From: Raillietiella orientalis
Taxonomy: Eukaryota
Assembly (NCBI GenBank): GCA_036172245.1
Contig: JAYWIR010000046.1
Location: 992,001-1,056,000 of the forward strand
Reading direction: 5' to 3'
Length of the DNA stretch: 64,000 nt
Below the pieces are notes generated by a model, which worked only from the letters and a program-made list of their open reading frames with translations, was not told where the DNA came from and ran no database searches. This document shows positions 1-46,369 of this stretch, one piece after another. Numbering within the stretch: position 1 is the first letter of the stretch; each line of letters begins with the position of its first letter. The translations under genes were made by a program, and so were the position numbers.

Positions 1-2739
1 CCAATACGCGACCCTGGACAATTTTTTCATCAAGATAATGGGAAACGATCCGGTGGTTGTGGTGGTTTTTCAAGTTTCCAGGGGAGAGAGGAAAGAGGGA
101 ACCTGCTCAAACCTGGTGGCTTTCGAGCTTCCTCACCACCTCATCCGCCTGGGTCACGGCTGGAGAACTGCCGACAGTGATCCACCCGATGCACCAAGTA
201 GATCAGGCGAGGGAGCCCCTGGATGTTGCCGGAAGTGCCATTCCCCTCCCCGGGAGGTCGGGTCTCCTACATCGCCCGTCTTCCCCCACTTCCTCCAGGA
301 CAGAAAGAACAGGGAGCGAGCAGTCTCCACGGAAACCGCCCAACCTCTTGACCTTGTCGACTGACTTGCGAAGGCGCTTCGTGACTGCGCGGCAGCTCTC
401 CGCGGTGGTCGAGGATGCACCAAAGTCTCTTACTCGGTCACGCCGGAGCGTTTATTTTCATAAACCAGCTGGGAACAGTTGTTTCCAGCCGACGATTACA
501 AGAAACCAACAACGGAGATACGCCACTGGCACGCAGGCCAGGAAAACGGAAGGTCCGGAACGGGTGGGGGAGGAGGGGACTACCAACAAACAAGAACAGT
601 CTAAATGGGAGGAAAGGGCCAAGGATCTTTGGTGACGCTCCGCAGTCACCGGAATAGACGAAGAGTGAAAGCACTAAAAGCACTACGGAGTGAATGGGAA
701 GTGGGGCGCGAAAACAAAAATGAAATTGAAAGGATGCACCAAAGTGGTGCCTTCCGAGACGGGCGCTTCCGAAACATGCAGTAGGCACCGCCTCTGGCGG
801 GGTGTCTCGCGCAGGATGAGATGCAGCCAAGCCGCTTAACGAAGAAGCGCATGGTGGTTGCTGCTGGTTATGGGTACATGAGTCGTCGGAGCGACTTTCC
901 AAAAAGAGACGCCATGCATTTCCGGGTGCCATCCAGTGCCGTATTCCTTCTCTGGTGAGGGCCAGCTCGCTGGCGACGGCCATTGAACGTCCAGGCTGCT
1001 TGCAGGTGACCGGTGGCCTGGGAGTCCCGTCGCCGACAGCCAACTCTTTAAGAGGTTGTCAGGTGCGCTCGTCCACTGCGACCTCTGATGCGAATCTTCC
1101 GGCCACAGGAACTCCTGATCTGGGTCTTGAGCAGCCGGATCCGATGAGATCAACAGTTTGAAGCGGCTCTTGGCTGCAAAGTCGTTTGACTCCGTCCAGG
1201 AGATTCCAAAACTGGTCACGCAGGGGGGTTCATTCAAACACATGAACGCACATTCAGCACACTCTGGAGTCACGAGTCATGGAACGCCGCCCCTTGGAAC
1301 ATGGAACATGGAACAGTCATGGAACGAGCCGAGATCGAGGCAGCTTTTCGTTCCCCCAAGATCTGTTGCACCTCGATTATCATTTGGATCTGTCGTCATC
1401 CTTGTCACCTTCTTTCCTGTGACCCTCTAGAGATGGGTTTCTCCAGCATCCAAGTCAAGCAATCAGAAAAACAACCAAGTCCTGGTGGGACAGCGACTGG
1501 AAAACACGCTTTGGGAAAGAGTCGGGAATAGGAGAATGATCTTTCTCGCTCATCCTTCGTTCTGGCCTTGCTCTGCATCCTGCGTCTTCTTTGCTTCCGG
1601 GGCAGTGCCTTGGCAACTTTGGTCCAGAGGAAAGGCGCTTTCTCTTCGCTCCTGAGATTATCCCTTGCTCCGTCAGAAGAGCGCGAACGATTGCTTTCCA
1701 CGCGACCGCCAGGGGCCTCTGGTCTTCTCCCGCACTTTGCGGCCGGCTTTCCCGTGAGCTCGGGAGCGCGGTGCCACGCCGCGTTCAGCCACGTCCCCCC
1801 CGCAGGGAGAGTTGAGGGGGCAATTGGGAATTTAAATGAATAAATAAAGATGTAAATCCCAGTGGTACCTCGGTATTCGTCAGTAATTCGTTCCGGAACT
1901 CGTGACGAGTACCGAACGAGTTCCTTTCTAGGCTTTGTGGTATCATTTTTAATTATTTTAGAACCCATGATTAACGATTAAAATGCACAGGAAGTTCAAA
2001 AAAAGGAACGATTTGGGAGGCACTCGATGGAAGTGTTCGGCACTGTCTGTGAGCTGCCCTGAGACTAAAGCGTTCACTTGTTTCATCATGAGTGGGGTGT
2101 CGAGTTCCGTGCATGCACCGAGTGTCGAAACATTTTTTTCTCGTCAAAATGCGGCGAGTAATGAGTTTGATGAGTTCTGGCACTATCGAGTACCGAAGTA
2201 CCACTGTACAAGATATAGGGCAGTACTGGGACCAAAAACATCTTTCGCCTTCAGAAAATGGGGATGGAAGGAAGAGTCACCAGGCGAGGTTCCAACTTAC
2301 GCCTTTCTTATAACCTTCCTGTATCCGGGACAGCCTCCTCCTTGACTTTGGGGCGGATGTGGGGTTCCCATGCTACCCCCCTCACCTCCGGAGAATGGGA
2401 GAGGGACCGTTCTCTGGTGCTCCCATCGTTGCTCCGCGTGGACGGTCCACGACTGCTGCACAGATGCAGCGCAGCATTGCCAGCGAGCCGGCTGTCGAGA
2501 ATCGTGCGGTGCGACGAGACGCCACAAGGCGGCCTAGAGGGGGTCCCCTCCATATGCAGTAGGGTAGGGGGTGGAGATGCTAACACACTCTGCCAGAGAG
2601 GAGCCTGCAGCCCAACAGCAGTAGCTGCACCTCCTTACGCAGCTCGGAGACGCCCACTCCCTCCCGTCCAGTGGTGCCGGTGTTGGTTGCGGATGGCAAC
2701 GCACGGAGCAGGGAAAGCACTGAACCTTCCGGGAGGAGA

Positions 2740-3750
2740 TCGAAAGGGCTGCGAGTGCACTCCCAAGGGGATGTCGAGATCATCCGCCCAACAGTTCAGT
2801 CCATGGACGTGAGCACCTGGCGTCGTGGGAAGGAGCGGAAGATCTCGGGCCTGTCAGAAGCTCCTCGGTCCCTGCTGCACAACGGACACCTACCCGCCCG
2901 TCCCGGTTGGTTGCTGCCGTCACACACGACCCCCATAGGGAGCACAGCGATGCGGCTAGGGATGGGGTGCGCTCACTTCTTGGGATCCCGTCGCACCTCC
3001 TGCGGGAGCAACGTCCCAGGACATCAGATGGGACGGAGGAGTTCTGGGCTGGTCTGAGAGGCTCACGCCCGGAACTCCTTCCGTCCCGCACTGCAATTCG
3101 ACAGAGGTGCCGGAGACCCACGTGCGGTCTCGCGGCAAGGAGGGCAAGTCTCTCAATGGGGATCGCAAGCCCTTCGACCTGTTGCGATCGAGAGAAGGAA
3201 GAGGGACGCTTCTCCCTCGCAGCCGGCCACGCGCACCGGGGGTTGCATGGAGTACACAGCGGGGGGCATTGGCTCCGCTGGCGAACAATCAGCAACTGTG
3301 GACCTGCGCTTCCAGGACCCCGTCCGCGAGGCTGCGAGACCTCAGGCGCTCTCCGGATCAGATCCTTTCCCATCCACAGACGCTCGTTTGCCGCTCTCCC
3401 GAAAGAACTCGAGCGTTCCCTGGTCTTCCGGTGCGGACGCTGGTCTTTCGGAAGACCCGTGCTGTTTTCTTGAGCACCCCGAATCTCTCTGGTAGTTAAA
3501 GAGATCCTGGAGATGTTTGAACGCATCTACCGCGTTCTCAGAGATCCTACAACGACCGGCCCTTCCTGAGGAGGGGCGGAGAACCCGTCCTTCGTGTCTG
3601 CTCTCCGTCTTCTTGTCTTGGTTCTTGCGGTTCCGTTGCTGAATATTCGTGGGGTCAGGCGACGTGTCACACGAGCACTCTTCCTCCTCCGTGGAGCAGA
3701 GGATCCAGGTTCGCTTTTACGTCTACCCCTGGAACGGGCTGATTGACTGG
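2740..3750 (+). mobile_element. Possible decayed non-LTR RT fragment
   Basis: VHSQGD..IRP, SLLGIPSHLL, VRSRGKEGKSL..FDL and SVEQRIQVRFYVYP resemble RLE-type RT motifs in order, but are highly degenerate. Confidence 0.3.
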
Positions 3751-6700
3751 CACCGGTTTCCAGTGTTTCGAGGTAGTCCTGATCGCCATGGGCGCTCACA
3801 CGAGCTCCCGACTCTGGTGGTCCAACAGTCCCCACCCCCACCCCCCTGTGTTCATGGCGGTGACTCCTGCTGATGCCTCTGTTAAGGATGTGGACCCAGA
3901 GATTCTTCCCCGCACCCCACGCTTTCTGCACGAGTGACGGATGCCACCTTGATGGGCCATTTGCCCTCAGGGAAGGGGTTGGACCACACCGCACTAGGGA
4001 ACCTTCGGGTCGAAGATATTCGCCGCCAAACACAAAGTCCCGATGGCATCTAACGCAGGTCTTGAACGGTCTCTTCTTCCCTTGATGGCCATATTTTGGG
4101 TGTAGGTGATGCCCGTGGGGTCTTGAGCTGTTGCATCCACTAGCTAGCTACCTTACCAACCCTAAGTTCACTGACCTCTCTCCCTCATCCTTAACCCTGT
4201 GCTGCCTCCTCGTTGCCCTCTATTCCGCAGCCAAGACAGCCATCACTTCCCTTCATCACAATCCGATCAGCTCTGAAAGAGTCTACCGAGAAAGATGTAC
4301 TCTTTCAGCTTTCACAGGAATCTCCTTCCTCCCTCCCGTTCCTCTGGAATCAATCCTCCGAATATTTGTGGGTCTGTGGCGGCGTTTCCCAGGATTCCAT
4401 GGAAAACGCCTCTTGCTGAGATGGAGCCTCTCCTTCGCAGCGATCCTGGGCATCACACCTTGCCGTGAAGATCCAAGAAACATCGGAGGTGGAGACAGAG
4501 AGGTCAGTGGGAGGGGAAAAATCTCCGTCTGGAGTGGAAAGGGAGCGCTTCCTGGAGGTGGATCTTGTCGGGAAGCGACTTGGCTTATGCAGTGGCTTGG
4601 GATTCAGGGAACACGAAGAGGTACCAGAAGTCCCCTCTTGGGAGAAGGCGTTAGCAGGGTTGCCGCGACCGAGGAAAGCAGGGTCGGAGTGTGACCCTGC
4701 TCCAAGCTTCTCGAACTGCTCGCGACGCCTAGGCAAGAGAAGGGGGAAGGAGGAGAGCGCAGGCATCAATTCCTGCACCCCGATCGGTCAGCTGTCCTTC
4801 AGCGTAGGAAACAATGCACCCTAAAGGCCATCCCTGGTTGCTTTCGGGAAAACGGAAGTCTATGGGAATTCTTTTGTGACTGCCCTGACCAAAGACGAAC
4901 CAAAAGCACTGGGACGGAGCACACAAGTCCGTTTTGAGCGACTCGGCAGCTTATCTTCTGCGAGAGTTGGACCTGATGGCTCATTTGACCTGTGGAGACC
5001 GAACTATGGGTTGGCCGACGAAGGAAGGTGCAAGACGGGTCTTCGCGCACCTCCTCTTGAAACTCCAGCACCCCAGTACACAGCTGAAACCTCCAAGGGA
5101 GAAGGAGGATGCCAGGGTTGTCTCGTGGACGGAATCCTACATCCCTAGGCAACTGAAGCGAGCAAACGAGATGTGCGCCTCATAGCAGGTCGGTCCTCCC
5201 GCCTGGTACTAAAGGGGATGTGTGCCGAAAGAGTGCACCATCGTGCACCGTAATGGCACGGTATATCTCATGTGGAGGCTTTGGGTTTCCGAAACGCCAC
5301 AGGGCTTTAGGGTTCTTCCATCCTTCCCGGAAGTCGTCCAGCCCACCCTTGAGTTCGTCCGGCTTGGGAGAGCGAAACAACTCGAACCTTCGAGAGACCC
5401 CACATCCGTCGGCAGAAGGGCCAACAGAAGGGAAGGCGAAGTACTTTCGCTCATCTCCGCCAAAGTGTCATTTCCAACGCATGGGCCATTTGAAACGCAA
5501 CCCGAGGCCGAGGAATCTTCCGTGGCTTCTGTAAGTTACTTCGGGGTCTTCCATTTTCTCGTGAGACCTCCAGGAGCTCCTTGTAGAAGCTTCTGAAGGT
5601 TCTCTGAAAGAAAATCTGGAGACTGGAGAAAATCCCTCAGCCCGAGAAAATTCGTTGGAAATATCAAGTCCCATAGAAACGCGGGAGTGCTGCCATGTCG
5701 GTCATTTGGACGAGGTCACAGTCCACGCCCTTCAGGACTCCCTCAAGGAAGGTGAGTGTTGGAGGGGAACCGGAGTTTCGGAGGCCAGCGAACGAGAGAT
5801 ACAGGAGCACAAGGAGGACTGGTGAATCCATTGGAGGATTCGAGAGTACTCGGACTGCTTAAGCATGGGAGGAGCAGGGGGCAGAGCGTGACTCGGGGAA
5901 TGGCGGTCAGGTCGCTTAAGTGTGGAGAGGGAGCGACGTGCTCACCGGGCGAGCCACGGGAATCCGCCGCACTTCCCGAGCGGCATCGGATGTTCAGAGT
6001 CAGCACCACTCTCGCGCTTCAACCCTTTCCGTCCCGCCGTTCACCACGCTGTGAAGTGACCCGCGGTCCTTGAGAGAGGCTTTGAGTTGGGAGGCCCACG
6101 CCTCGGGTGCCCGAGGGCACTCGATGAGAGAACGCAAGCTTCGGGGACGAGTTGCTGCCAAGGTTCCTTGTGGACGAGCAAGGTCGTTCCCGGCCCAACC
6201 TGACCTCGCTTTCTCTTCGCGCTTTTGGCATACCCCGAAAGCGTGGCGCGCTCGAGGAGGCTCGGCGGGAGCGGCGCATGATTCCTCCCTGCCTGCCGGG
6301 GCCAGAGAAAGTGACTCCAATGGAGACGCCTGGGGAGAGCAATTAAGTCACCATGTGACGATGCCAGGGACATCTTGCGGCGCTTCTTCGTGAGCAACGG
6401 GCTTTCCGACGCCGCAGTGATAGCAGTCCTGTGCTTCATTAGCGGCCTGGTCCGCTCTAGAACACGCCTAGAGTTGGACGGCCGAAAAATATCCGTGTGG
6501 TGCTTTGCACTCCCACTGCTTCGTCATGCTACGAGGCGGTCCTTGCTTCCCCCCGCCACGTGGAACAATCTGGCGGGAATCCTGCAACATCTGAGTCAGA
6601 GGAGGATCGGTCCAGTCAGTTATCTCCAATTCCTCCCCAACCCCCAGTCCCCAGAGCCTAGCAGCCCCCAGGTTACCCCCACCTGGTCCACTCAGAACAA

Positions 6701-7399
6701 AGGTGGGGAGGCATTAACACTCCCCCTCCCCTTCACAACGAATACCTACAAGTTATTCTTGTATGTTTACTTCGTAAATAAACGGTCCGGCGCTACCGGG
6801 TTTAAACCTGCCTGCGGGGTTAGCAGCAACACCTTGCGCGCTTCCCTCCTCACTCAGGCTCGGCCCCGTCGTGACCTCGTGACCGTGGCGTGTTCGGGCG
6901 CTTCCGAAATGTCAAGCCGTTCCATTTTTCACCCAGAGAACCCTTTGGTTCAGGCGAGAGGTGAACTCTGTCGGTTTGGCAAGACGTTCGACGTACACCC
7001 AGGGCTCCTGGATGGATGCTCGATGGAACTTTGGTCCCCCGATCCCGTGAGACCTTAGGGCCAAGGCCGGGACGGCAACAATCGCGCGCTTCCCTTCCCG
7101 CTGCGTGCTCTGCTCGCTCGTTCGGTGGGCGCAGCCCTGTCTGTAGGGGCTCTGCGGAACGGAACTGCACTCGGAGTGGTCTCCGGCGTGGCGGCGCAGC
7201 TTTCAGGCTTTTTGATTGAATGCACGGTGGAATGCGCTTCCGTTCCTTTCCCCTCTCTTCGCCTCCCTGCCCCGCCGCGCACCCCGAATCGGATTAACAG
7301 GAATCCTCTCACCCGACGAATGAGCTGAATCTCCGTCGAGCGCAACATTCGAAAACTCCACGAGGGCAAGGAGCGCGTACTCCCCACAGAGTCAGGCAG

Positions 7400-8340
7400 A
7401 ACCCCCCGAAGGTGGCCGAGACCGAACTTCACGTTCGGGAAGATGCGTTCCCTTTCGTGCTCTTGCCGCGTTTATGACGGGAACAGGAATGATCCCGGAA
7501 GAACGCGGCGTGTAGGAGCTGCCTGCGAAAGGAGGCCGCAGTTGGTCGGTCTTCGAAGAGGGTTCTCGGATACCAGCATGAGGTGTGCAAGCCACGGTCT
7601 GCCAATTTTCCACTTCGCAAAGCCAAACGGCATTAGCTCTCGAAGAATGCAGAGTTCAGGAAACCACCCTATGTGTGGGGACTTCGCGGTTATGACATGC
7701 ATCGTGACAAATCCATAAGAGTATGCATCGTGCACGTGTCTTTCTTTCTTTTTTCTGTTTTTTTTTATCCTGCCCTTCTCCAATCAGAAACTGCATAGTC
7801 CATTGTTCTCAAAGATGAATTCGCCTGAGGGTAATTCCAGCGGCGTATCCGGAGGTGGTCAAATTCCGTATGCTCGTTCACATGCAATGGAAGTTCTTCT
7901 CTCCGTGATCCGTCTTTCGATTCCTGATTTGGGTACGGAGATTTTGTTCATCTAAATTTTGTCAGTTTCCCTCCTTTCTCTTCGAGATGTAATAGAGAAC
8001 ATGGGTGCATCAGAGACTTGTTTTCCATTGGATCATGGCAAAAAGTAGTCAAAAAACAAAACAAAAGACATCATGAAACACTCGAGTCTTTAAAGACAGG
8101 GTCTAGAGCATTTTGCAAGAGCAGAGCTAGACAGAATGACAAAAATTCCAATGACCTTTATGACATCACAAGGGAAGGAATCGGGCTTGGACACCACAGC
8201 AGAGCCCTCTTTGGGCCATCCACGTTACTTTGGGTCACGGAGCTACACAAATGCCCACCAGAGTACCAACAGGCGATAAGTGAATGCAAAAAAAGGAAAC
8301 CGAAGAATCAGAACGCAATGGACTTTTTCTTGCCACATGT
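7400..8340 (+). mobile_element. Possible decayed 3' part of a NeSL/Utopia-like element
   Basis: LAAFMTG, KPNG..SGNH, MHRARV, IRDLFSI..KVV and GSRAFCKSRARQNDK..DL occur in the expected order across frames. Confidence 0.35.
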
Positions 8341-8849
8341 CACTTGTTATCCTTTGTTTTCTTTTCATTCTCTCCCCTTTCTCAGTCAGTGGTTCCTTAG
8401 AAATATTTTTATGCGTTTTCGAGTCACTGTTATGTGGGTATAATTATAATTTTGACTTGAACAAAAGCAAACTCCCTTCACACTTTTCCTTCAAACGGTG
8501 AAAGAAATGTCGCAAAGACCAACGAAGCGATCTCGTGTACGCTTCGAACGCGGAATGTGCAGAAAATCCGTACAAGTTTTACCAAAGTCGTTCTCTTGAA
8601 TCCGTTAAATTTCGACGTTTCCAAATGCACGCGGATTTTTTTAGCTGCTGAGTAGCGAGCGCATCAGGGGCCATCTCGGTTCGGCGAAGACAACTATTTC
8701 AAACAAGCCGGGAGTTTACCAGGCAACGCGCGCTTTGCGCTGAGAGCCGTTGCGGATGATCAGTTGCTCGTGAGTGAAATGGTCTAGACGAAAACTCGTG
8801 AGAACCTACAGCTGCAAACAGAAGGGAGCAGCAGCACTTCAGGAAGAGG

Positions 8850-11800
8850 ATGCTGCAACGTTTCCGCGCCCTCTTCCGAGTGAGCGAAAGGAAAATGGCC
8901 TTATTTGTTGACAAGAGATCCGTATTACACCGTATGACGTAAAACATGGCTGAGTGATCGGGCCGAGGATGGATGAGATGGCGACTGCCAGCAAGGGGGA
9001 TGCGAACCTTGGATTAACCGTGGCTTCCTGAGACAAACTCTCGATCGTGGCTCGAGTTTACCTCTTTGAAACCGCCCGCGGAAATCGCCTGGGCTGTCTC
9101 CAAGGGCGTGGCACAATAAGTGAATCCAAGGGATTGGACTTGCTCGTCGCATTCCGGTGCAAGCCTCAGCTGATAACTGGGCGCGTGAACTTTTCGCGAA
9201 CTCGGCAGCCGTGGACCCTGGGTCCGCGAAGAGAATGATCTCTTAAGGTTGGCGGTCGCCGCCGCCGCAGTAGGAGCAGATTTTTTATTACGAGGCGAGT
9301 TTGTTGGTGGGAGGGCTCAGGATCGCCGCAGCTTGGCCACGCAGCTGCGTGGACCTCCACGCGGATTCGAGGTAGCGGGACAAGCTCTTCTGGCGGTGTC
9401 GATCGGACACGGAGCCCAGGGGGCTCGTCATTTTCGACCTTTCCGTTTCCGGGATGCCATCCGCTCCCCCCCCCTCCTCCGAGCTCTTTCCTCGCCACGT
9501 CTCGCCGGATGCGTCGGCATCGGCACGGAAGCGTCTCCGGCGAGCCGGGCCCGCAGATCGGCCGGAGGAAACCGCTCCGAGCTCGAATCGCACGGCGCCC
9601 ATTCCGCGAGGGCCACGTGTCTAGGCGGGCGGCCATCTTGGGCGGAAGGCGCGTCGTCGTCGACTTGCCAGCAGGTACAGTCTTCCCGCTTCGCTTTGCC
9701 GCGCGCGCCCCGCGACCGGGCCTCCCCGCGGCGCTGCCGGTGCGGCGGCCGTGCCACCGCGGGGCGCCGCCCACGTAGCCTCGCGCGGTGCGAGGCTTCG
9801 TGGGGATGTGGCGCGTCCGGAGACGCCGCTGCTTGCCGGCCTTGCCCGAGTGAGTGCGCAGGCGTGCACGCGGCGATTCTTCCCGCAGCGGAGACGTCTT
9901 CCGGAAGGACCGAAGGAGCTCGCGTGGAGGGGGAGGCGGGCGCGAGACGAGGTCTCGGGGAAACCGCTGCCCCCTAGGGAGGGGGGCAATTCGGAGGAGT
10001 TCGCGGATGCATCCACGAACATACTCGCAGGCACGCTGGACGCCTTCATCCCCGCGAAAAAGCCCTCCGGAGACCTCCGCGGAGTCTGGAGCGTTCCAAG
10101 AGATGCTCCTGAGAAGAGCATTGATGAGGTGTGTAAGAAGCCACCTCTTCGGGCACCGGACGGCAGAGGGCAGAAGCGGCTGCAAGCGAGCGGGTGCTCT
10201 TCGTCTTGCGGCTTCCTCTTCGAGGGGTGAGGGCGGTGGGCCTGGATCGCTCGCCTCTCCCAAAATGGCCCGCGACCCTTGCAAGGACCGCTGGGCGGAT
10301 CTCCCCGACCTCCTCGAGCGTCTCACTCGCCTCGGCAACCGTTACCAAGACGCCGGTTCAGGAAATTCCGTTCGGCTCGTCCGTTGGCAACCAGCCCGTG
10401 GGCTCTTCTGGCAGCAGATCGTCCGGGGGGCGGAGCTTCCCCTCGGTTCAGTAGGGCAGTTTCTCGGACACAAAGGAAGCAGGTCCGCGCCCGCGAGGCT
10501 GCGCGTCTTGCGGAAGGACGGCAGTACCTGTTGGGACTCGCGGTAGGCAGTGCGCAGTTCGTGCACCACCTCCAGGGCGCGCGTAAGGGCACCTGCTCGC
10601 TCCCGCGCGGACGCAGGAGGTCAGCAACCGGAGAGCATCGCGAGTGCTCATTTCCGGTGCGCCCGAGGGATCGCCTCTAGGCCCTTCGGCAGAGGAGGGG
10701 GAGGGCTCTGGCTCCAGAGAGGCAGGCGATCCCTCGGAGGGAGACGCTGTGCATTCCGGAACCAGCGGCTTCCCGCACAGGACTCGGGAGGCGGGGAGGG
10801 AAAAGGGAGGTGCACACACCCCAGAACACCCCGAAGGTCCTGGGCCAAAGGCCAGCGGACGATTCGACTCGTGCGGGAGGGAGTGTTGGGGGAGGAGGAG
10901 ATTCTCCTCGACGAGAACTGCTTCTCCGATACCGCCCCAGATCTGCCCCTAGGCTTCCCTGAGATCTCCCTTGCGCTCCTCTTCCCATTCGATTCCGGGG
11001 ACTCATTGGCAATGGCAAAGCATTGGCCTCGTCCCGTCGGGTCTCCCTCTCGGCGGTGCTGGCGGTCCGGAGTTAGACGTAGGCACTGCCGGCGACGTTC
11101 ACCCGTGGATCTCCATCACAGGGGGCATTCCGTTGTTCCCACTCTTTCCGAGGCCCCGTGGAATCAGCAGGGAAGGAAGCGAAAGTTCGCGGACGCTGAG
11201 ATCGAGGCGTAGCAGGGGATCACGAGGAGAACGTGGACGCTGCTGCTATGGAGAGGGCGATCCCGCTCCGGAAAAGGAGGATCGCGTACAGCCGCTGGAT
11301 CACATGCAGCGCAGCGGCTCCACCCCGCGGAAATACATTCCGGGGGAGGGGAAGGGCCCTCTACAGACGGGGGGGCGCTCGTGCTTTGCTGCAGAGGACC
11401 CTGCGCGGGGAGCCCGCAGCACATCTCTCTGCTGGACCACGACTGATTCCAGCACCCCTTCCTGCGTTCTTCTGCCTGTGAGTTGCGCGCGCGGACTTGC
11501 GGGGGGGGGGAGGGGGGCATGAGACCGCTGCTACTGGACTCGCCCGCTGCCCCTCCTCCTTCTCCCGACGCCCCGGTTTCACTCCAGTCGCCATGGAGAT
11601 ACACTCCAGGGGCGACGCCCCTCCGCCTCGCCGTCCGGGTTGCCCCCTCTGCAAGCGGACGGAGGCCAAGGACCCTCTCCCTCCCCTCACGCACTCCTCT
11701 GCTCTTCGGGGATGGAAGAAGTCGGGAGGAGGAGGAGAGGCAGCGCGGTCATCGGCCTCCCCTCACTTCTGAAACCTCCGGATCCGGGCGGAAGAGACTC

Positions 11801-11981
11801 CGAGCGCAGCACGGGGAGCAGGGTCTCCGCCCTCCCCTCGCCGATGTCGGACCCTATTCAGTGATCCTGAGGAACCCGGGGGAGGCGAAGGGCCGGCTGC
11901 TGGTCGGAAAGAGGGCGCGGCTCCACGGCGTCCATTCGGCTGCTCTCTCCGGGACCGGGAGAGGCGCTGCTGTGCAACGGC
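8850..11981 (-). mobile_element. Decayed NeSL/Utopia-like non-LTR retrotransposon just upstream of the junctophilin promoter
   Basis: Ordered remnants across frameshifts: ARATHRQKN..GISRGPAERC (~11480), REGDPTGRGQCFAIA (~11050), GAVSEKQF, EENLLL..NRPLAF, DLRGVLGCVH (~10830), PLLCRRA/LEAIPRA, PKRWL..SGGL (~10100). Recognised by eye; ends are approximate. Confidence 0.45.
11759..11981. repeat. Diverged direct repeat, copy A (partner 13935..14163)
   Basis: Manual alignment of 11859..11981 with 14041..14163 gives roughly 80% identity, and clear blocks continue back to 11759/13935. Confidence 0.85.
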
Positions 11982-12337
11982 TTCCCCGAGAGGAGAGGTG
12001 AAGAGAGCGCTCGAGAGCTCCGGGCAATGTCCGCCGCTACCTCTCCTCCTCTGTTTGCTCGCTCGAGAAGGGTCTCCCCCGGACGAGAAAGGGGTGGAGT
12101 GGGGCTCCCTTCCTGCGGTGTTTCCTTTCTCAGAGGACCTGGGGAGCCCGGGAGCCCAGACCGGAGGAAAAGCCGCCGCCCCCCGATTTCGTCCCCCGCC
12201 CAAAGGAGGGCACATGCAGGCGGCGGGCGCGCCCGGCACGCCCGCCCTTCGCTCCGTCCCGCGCGGGAGGAGCGAGCGAGCGCGCGAGCGCCCCCTCCTC
12301 CCGCGCGGGGTTTATTTTCGGCTCTCCGGGCTCGCGG

Positions 12338-12365
12338 CCAATCCCGAGCGGGAGGGCGGGCGGGG
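12338..12365 (+). promoter_or_regulatory. Candidate junctophilin promoter elements (CCAAT box and GC boxes) in CpG-rich DNA
   Basis: GGCCAATC (CCAAT 12338..12342) followed by GGGCGGGCGGG from 12354, about 470 nt upstream of the ATG. Confidence 0.3.
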
Positions 12366-12663
12366 GGGAGGCAGGAGGAAAGGGAAGAGGGGGGGGGGGA
12401 CGAAAAGGGGGGAGCTTTCCGGGAGCGGCGGTGGCGGCGCGCAGTCGGCGGAGCGACGAGAGAACTCGCGTGCGTCTTCCTGTTCGGTGGAGGCGGCGGA
12501 GCATTCCCGGTTTTGGGCAGCCGAGGAAAACAGGAAGAAAGGAGGGGCCGAAGAGAGGGAGGAGAAAGGAAGGGAAGCGGCCGTGGAGAAGCAGGCGAAG
12601 AAGAGGACGCAGGGGGACCCGAGAGGGAAGGAAGGAACAAGAGGGACCATCACCACGGTGTGA

Positions 12664-44735
<32,072 letters not shown>

Positions 44736-44975
44736 TGAACCTGTTTATCTTTTTTCGCAACGAGAAGTCTTTCCAGGCATGTGGATGGAAAATCCGAGTT
44801 TCTCTGAATGTCATCCTCGTTGCATTTTGTGGAGCGATGGTGAAAGAATCATTTAAGAACACTTCAGTCTACGCTTCTGTGCGAGACATAAGCACAAAAA
44901 ATTAATCATTGACGGTACTCACTGTACCCCACTCTTCATGTGATCTGAATATATATACTGTTGTAAAGAAACATT

Positions 44976-44981
44976 AATAAA
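44976..44981 (+). promoter_or_regulatory. Candidate poly(A) signal of junctophilin
   Basis: AATAAA about 240 nt after the stop codon. Confidence 0.4.
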
Positions 44982-46005
44982 AGGGTTCCGTACTTTCTTC
45001 TATAAACGAGACGGCAATAGATTCGAAAAACTACGCCGAGAAAGTCTTCCACATAAGGCACAATCTTGCAGTGCTCAAGGTCCTGTCTTTGCTGTATCAA
45101 ATGCCATTTATATCTGGGAAACTGAAACGTGAAAGCACTAAATAACACATGCGCATTTGACTCACGAAAAGCTCCTACTTGGATAGATGCATCTGTGAAA
45201 TGTGAATACTCCGTCCACTGATCTGATGCCAATTGCAAGTTCAAAAGCAGCAGACTACAAAGATGGAGGAGCTCCGTGCCCTCTTGACTAACTTGCTTCC
45301 GTTTGTTTCCTTTCGTTTCGTGACAAGTCATTGATCACCACCTGATTTGGCAACGAAAGTGAGTTGTTTCCTAGCTCTAGAGGAAAACACACAACGTCGA
45401 AAGGATACATTCGATATACCTTTTATGCTGGCATTTTCCTTAGTTCCATCTCCAACAACAGGTAGCTTTTCTTCTTTCGCAACGATCATTTTCTTCAATG
45501 AATGCAGCAGCAGAGCTTAACATTGGCCATTCAAAACTTTGTCGTCTCATTCCTCCTGGGTAAGTCCAGAGCTTTGCTCCATGATAGCCCTCTTTCATCC
45601 GCATACAACAAAATTCTATTACACAGCATAGAATAACAAATGTCCTTCTACAGCATGAACCTTCTCCCTAAACTGAAGACCTCATCTGTAGCTTTTCGTT
45701 CATTCTATCTCAATGCAGTCTTGAAGCGACTGCTTCCTGCCTCTTTCTTCCCACGCATTCGTTTCTCTTTGCCTCTATATGTCAGAAAACGCAGACGATC
45801 CGAGTCCGCTTAAATCCCGGAGTCTGTGCTAAGCTCCATCAAGTGTTGCTGCACATAGAGTGACGAAGAAGATTCCAGGAGAATAGAATTGTTTTCCTGG
45901 AACTTTTCTGAGGACACAAAACTGCATGAAGATGTTCGACCAAACTCTCCAGAACCACAAATGTGCAATTTTCGAGGAAAACAAAAAGTCCGAGAGAGAA
46001 CGACC

Positions 46006-46369
46006 CATTTCTCTATTGTATTGTAACCGCTTATGTCCCGTTTATGAAGGAAACGCACATGTAATCATTGAAAAGGGTGCATGCATGAGAAAAGAGATTG
46101 GTACGGGGTGCATGACATCTATTGTGATCGCTGAATGAATAGGAAAAACAAGAAAGGCCGTTCCTTCAACGTCCCACGCCAGAAAGATAGTAATAAGGAA
46201 AACTCGATCAGAAATGCATTCATACAAAAACTTCGCCCAGTGAAAGATTATAAACAGGAAATGTCTTTTAGAACTGCGACCGCTAGAGGGAAGGCTGAAC
46301 AAGCTTCAGAAATCTCCAGGAAGAACCATGAAACGGAAAAAAAGCTTACCAGATCCCCACTACTTTTTG
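46006..46369 (+). repeat. Chimeric partial duplicate of junctophilin: 46006..46305 copies 42722..43021 (intron 5 end and exon 6 start); 46305..46369 copies 44397..44461 (exon 8 start)
   Basis: Base-by-base comparison shows 5 mismatches in 300 nt and 3 mismatches in 65 nt. The junction is GAACAAGCT/TCAGAAATCTCC. Confidence 0.95.

Noticed and set aside
44777..44905. Alternative candidate for the junctophilin terminal exon (ACGWKIRVSLNVILVAF...)
   Set aside because: 44649..44735 matches the family TM tail far better, so this is most likely 3' UTR.
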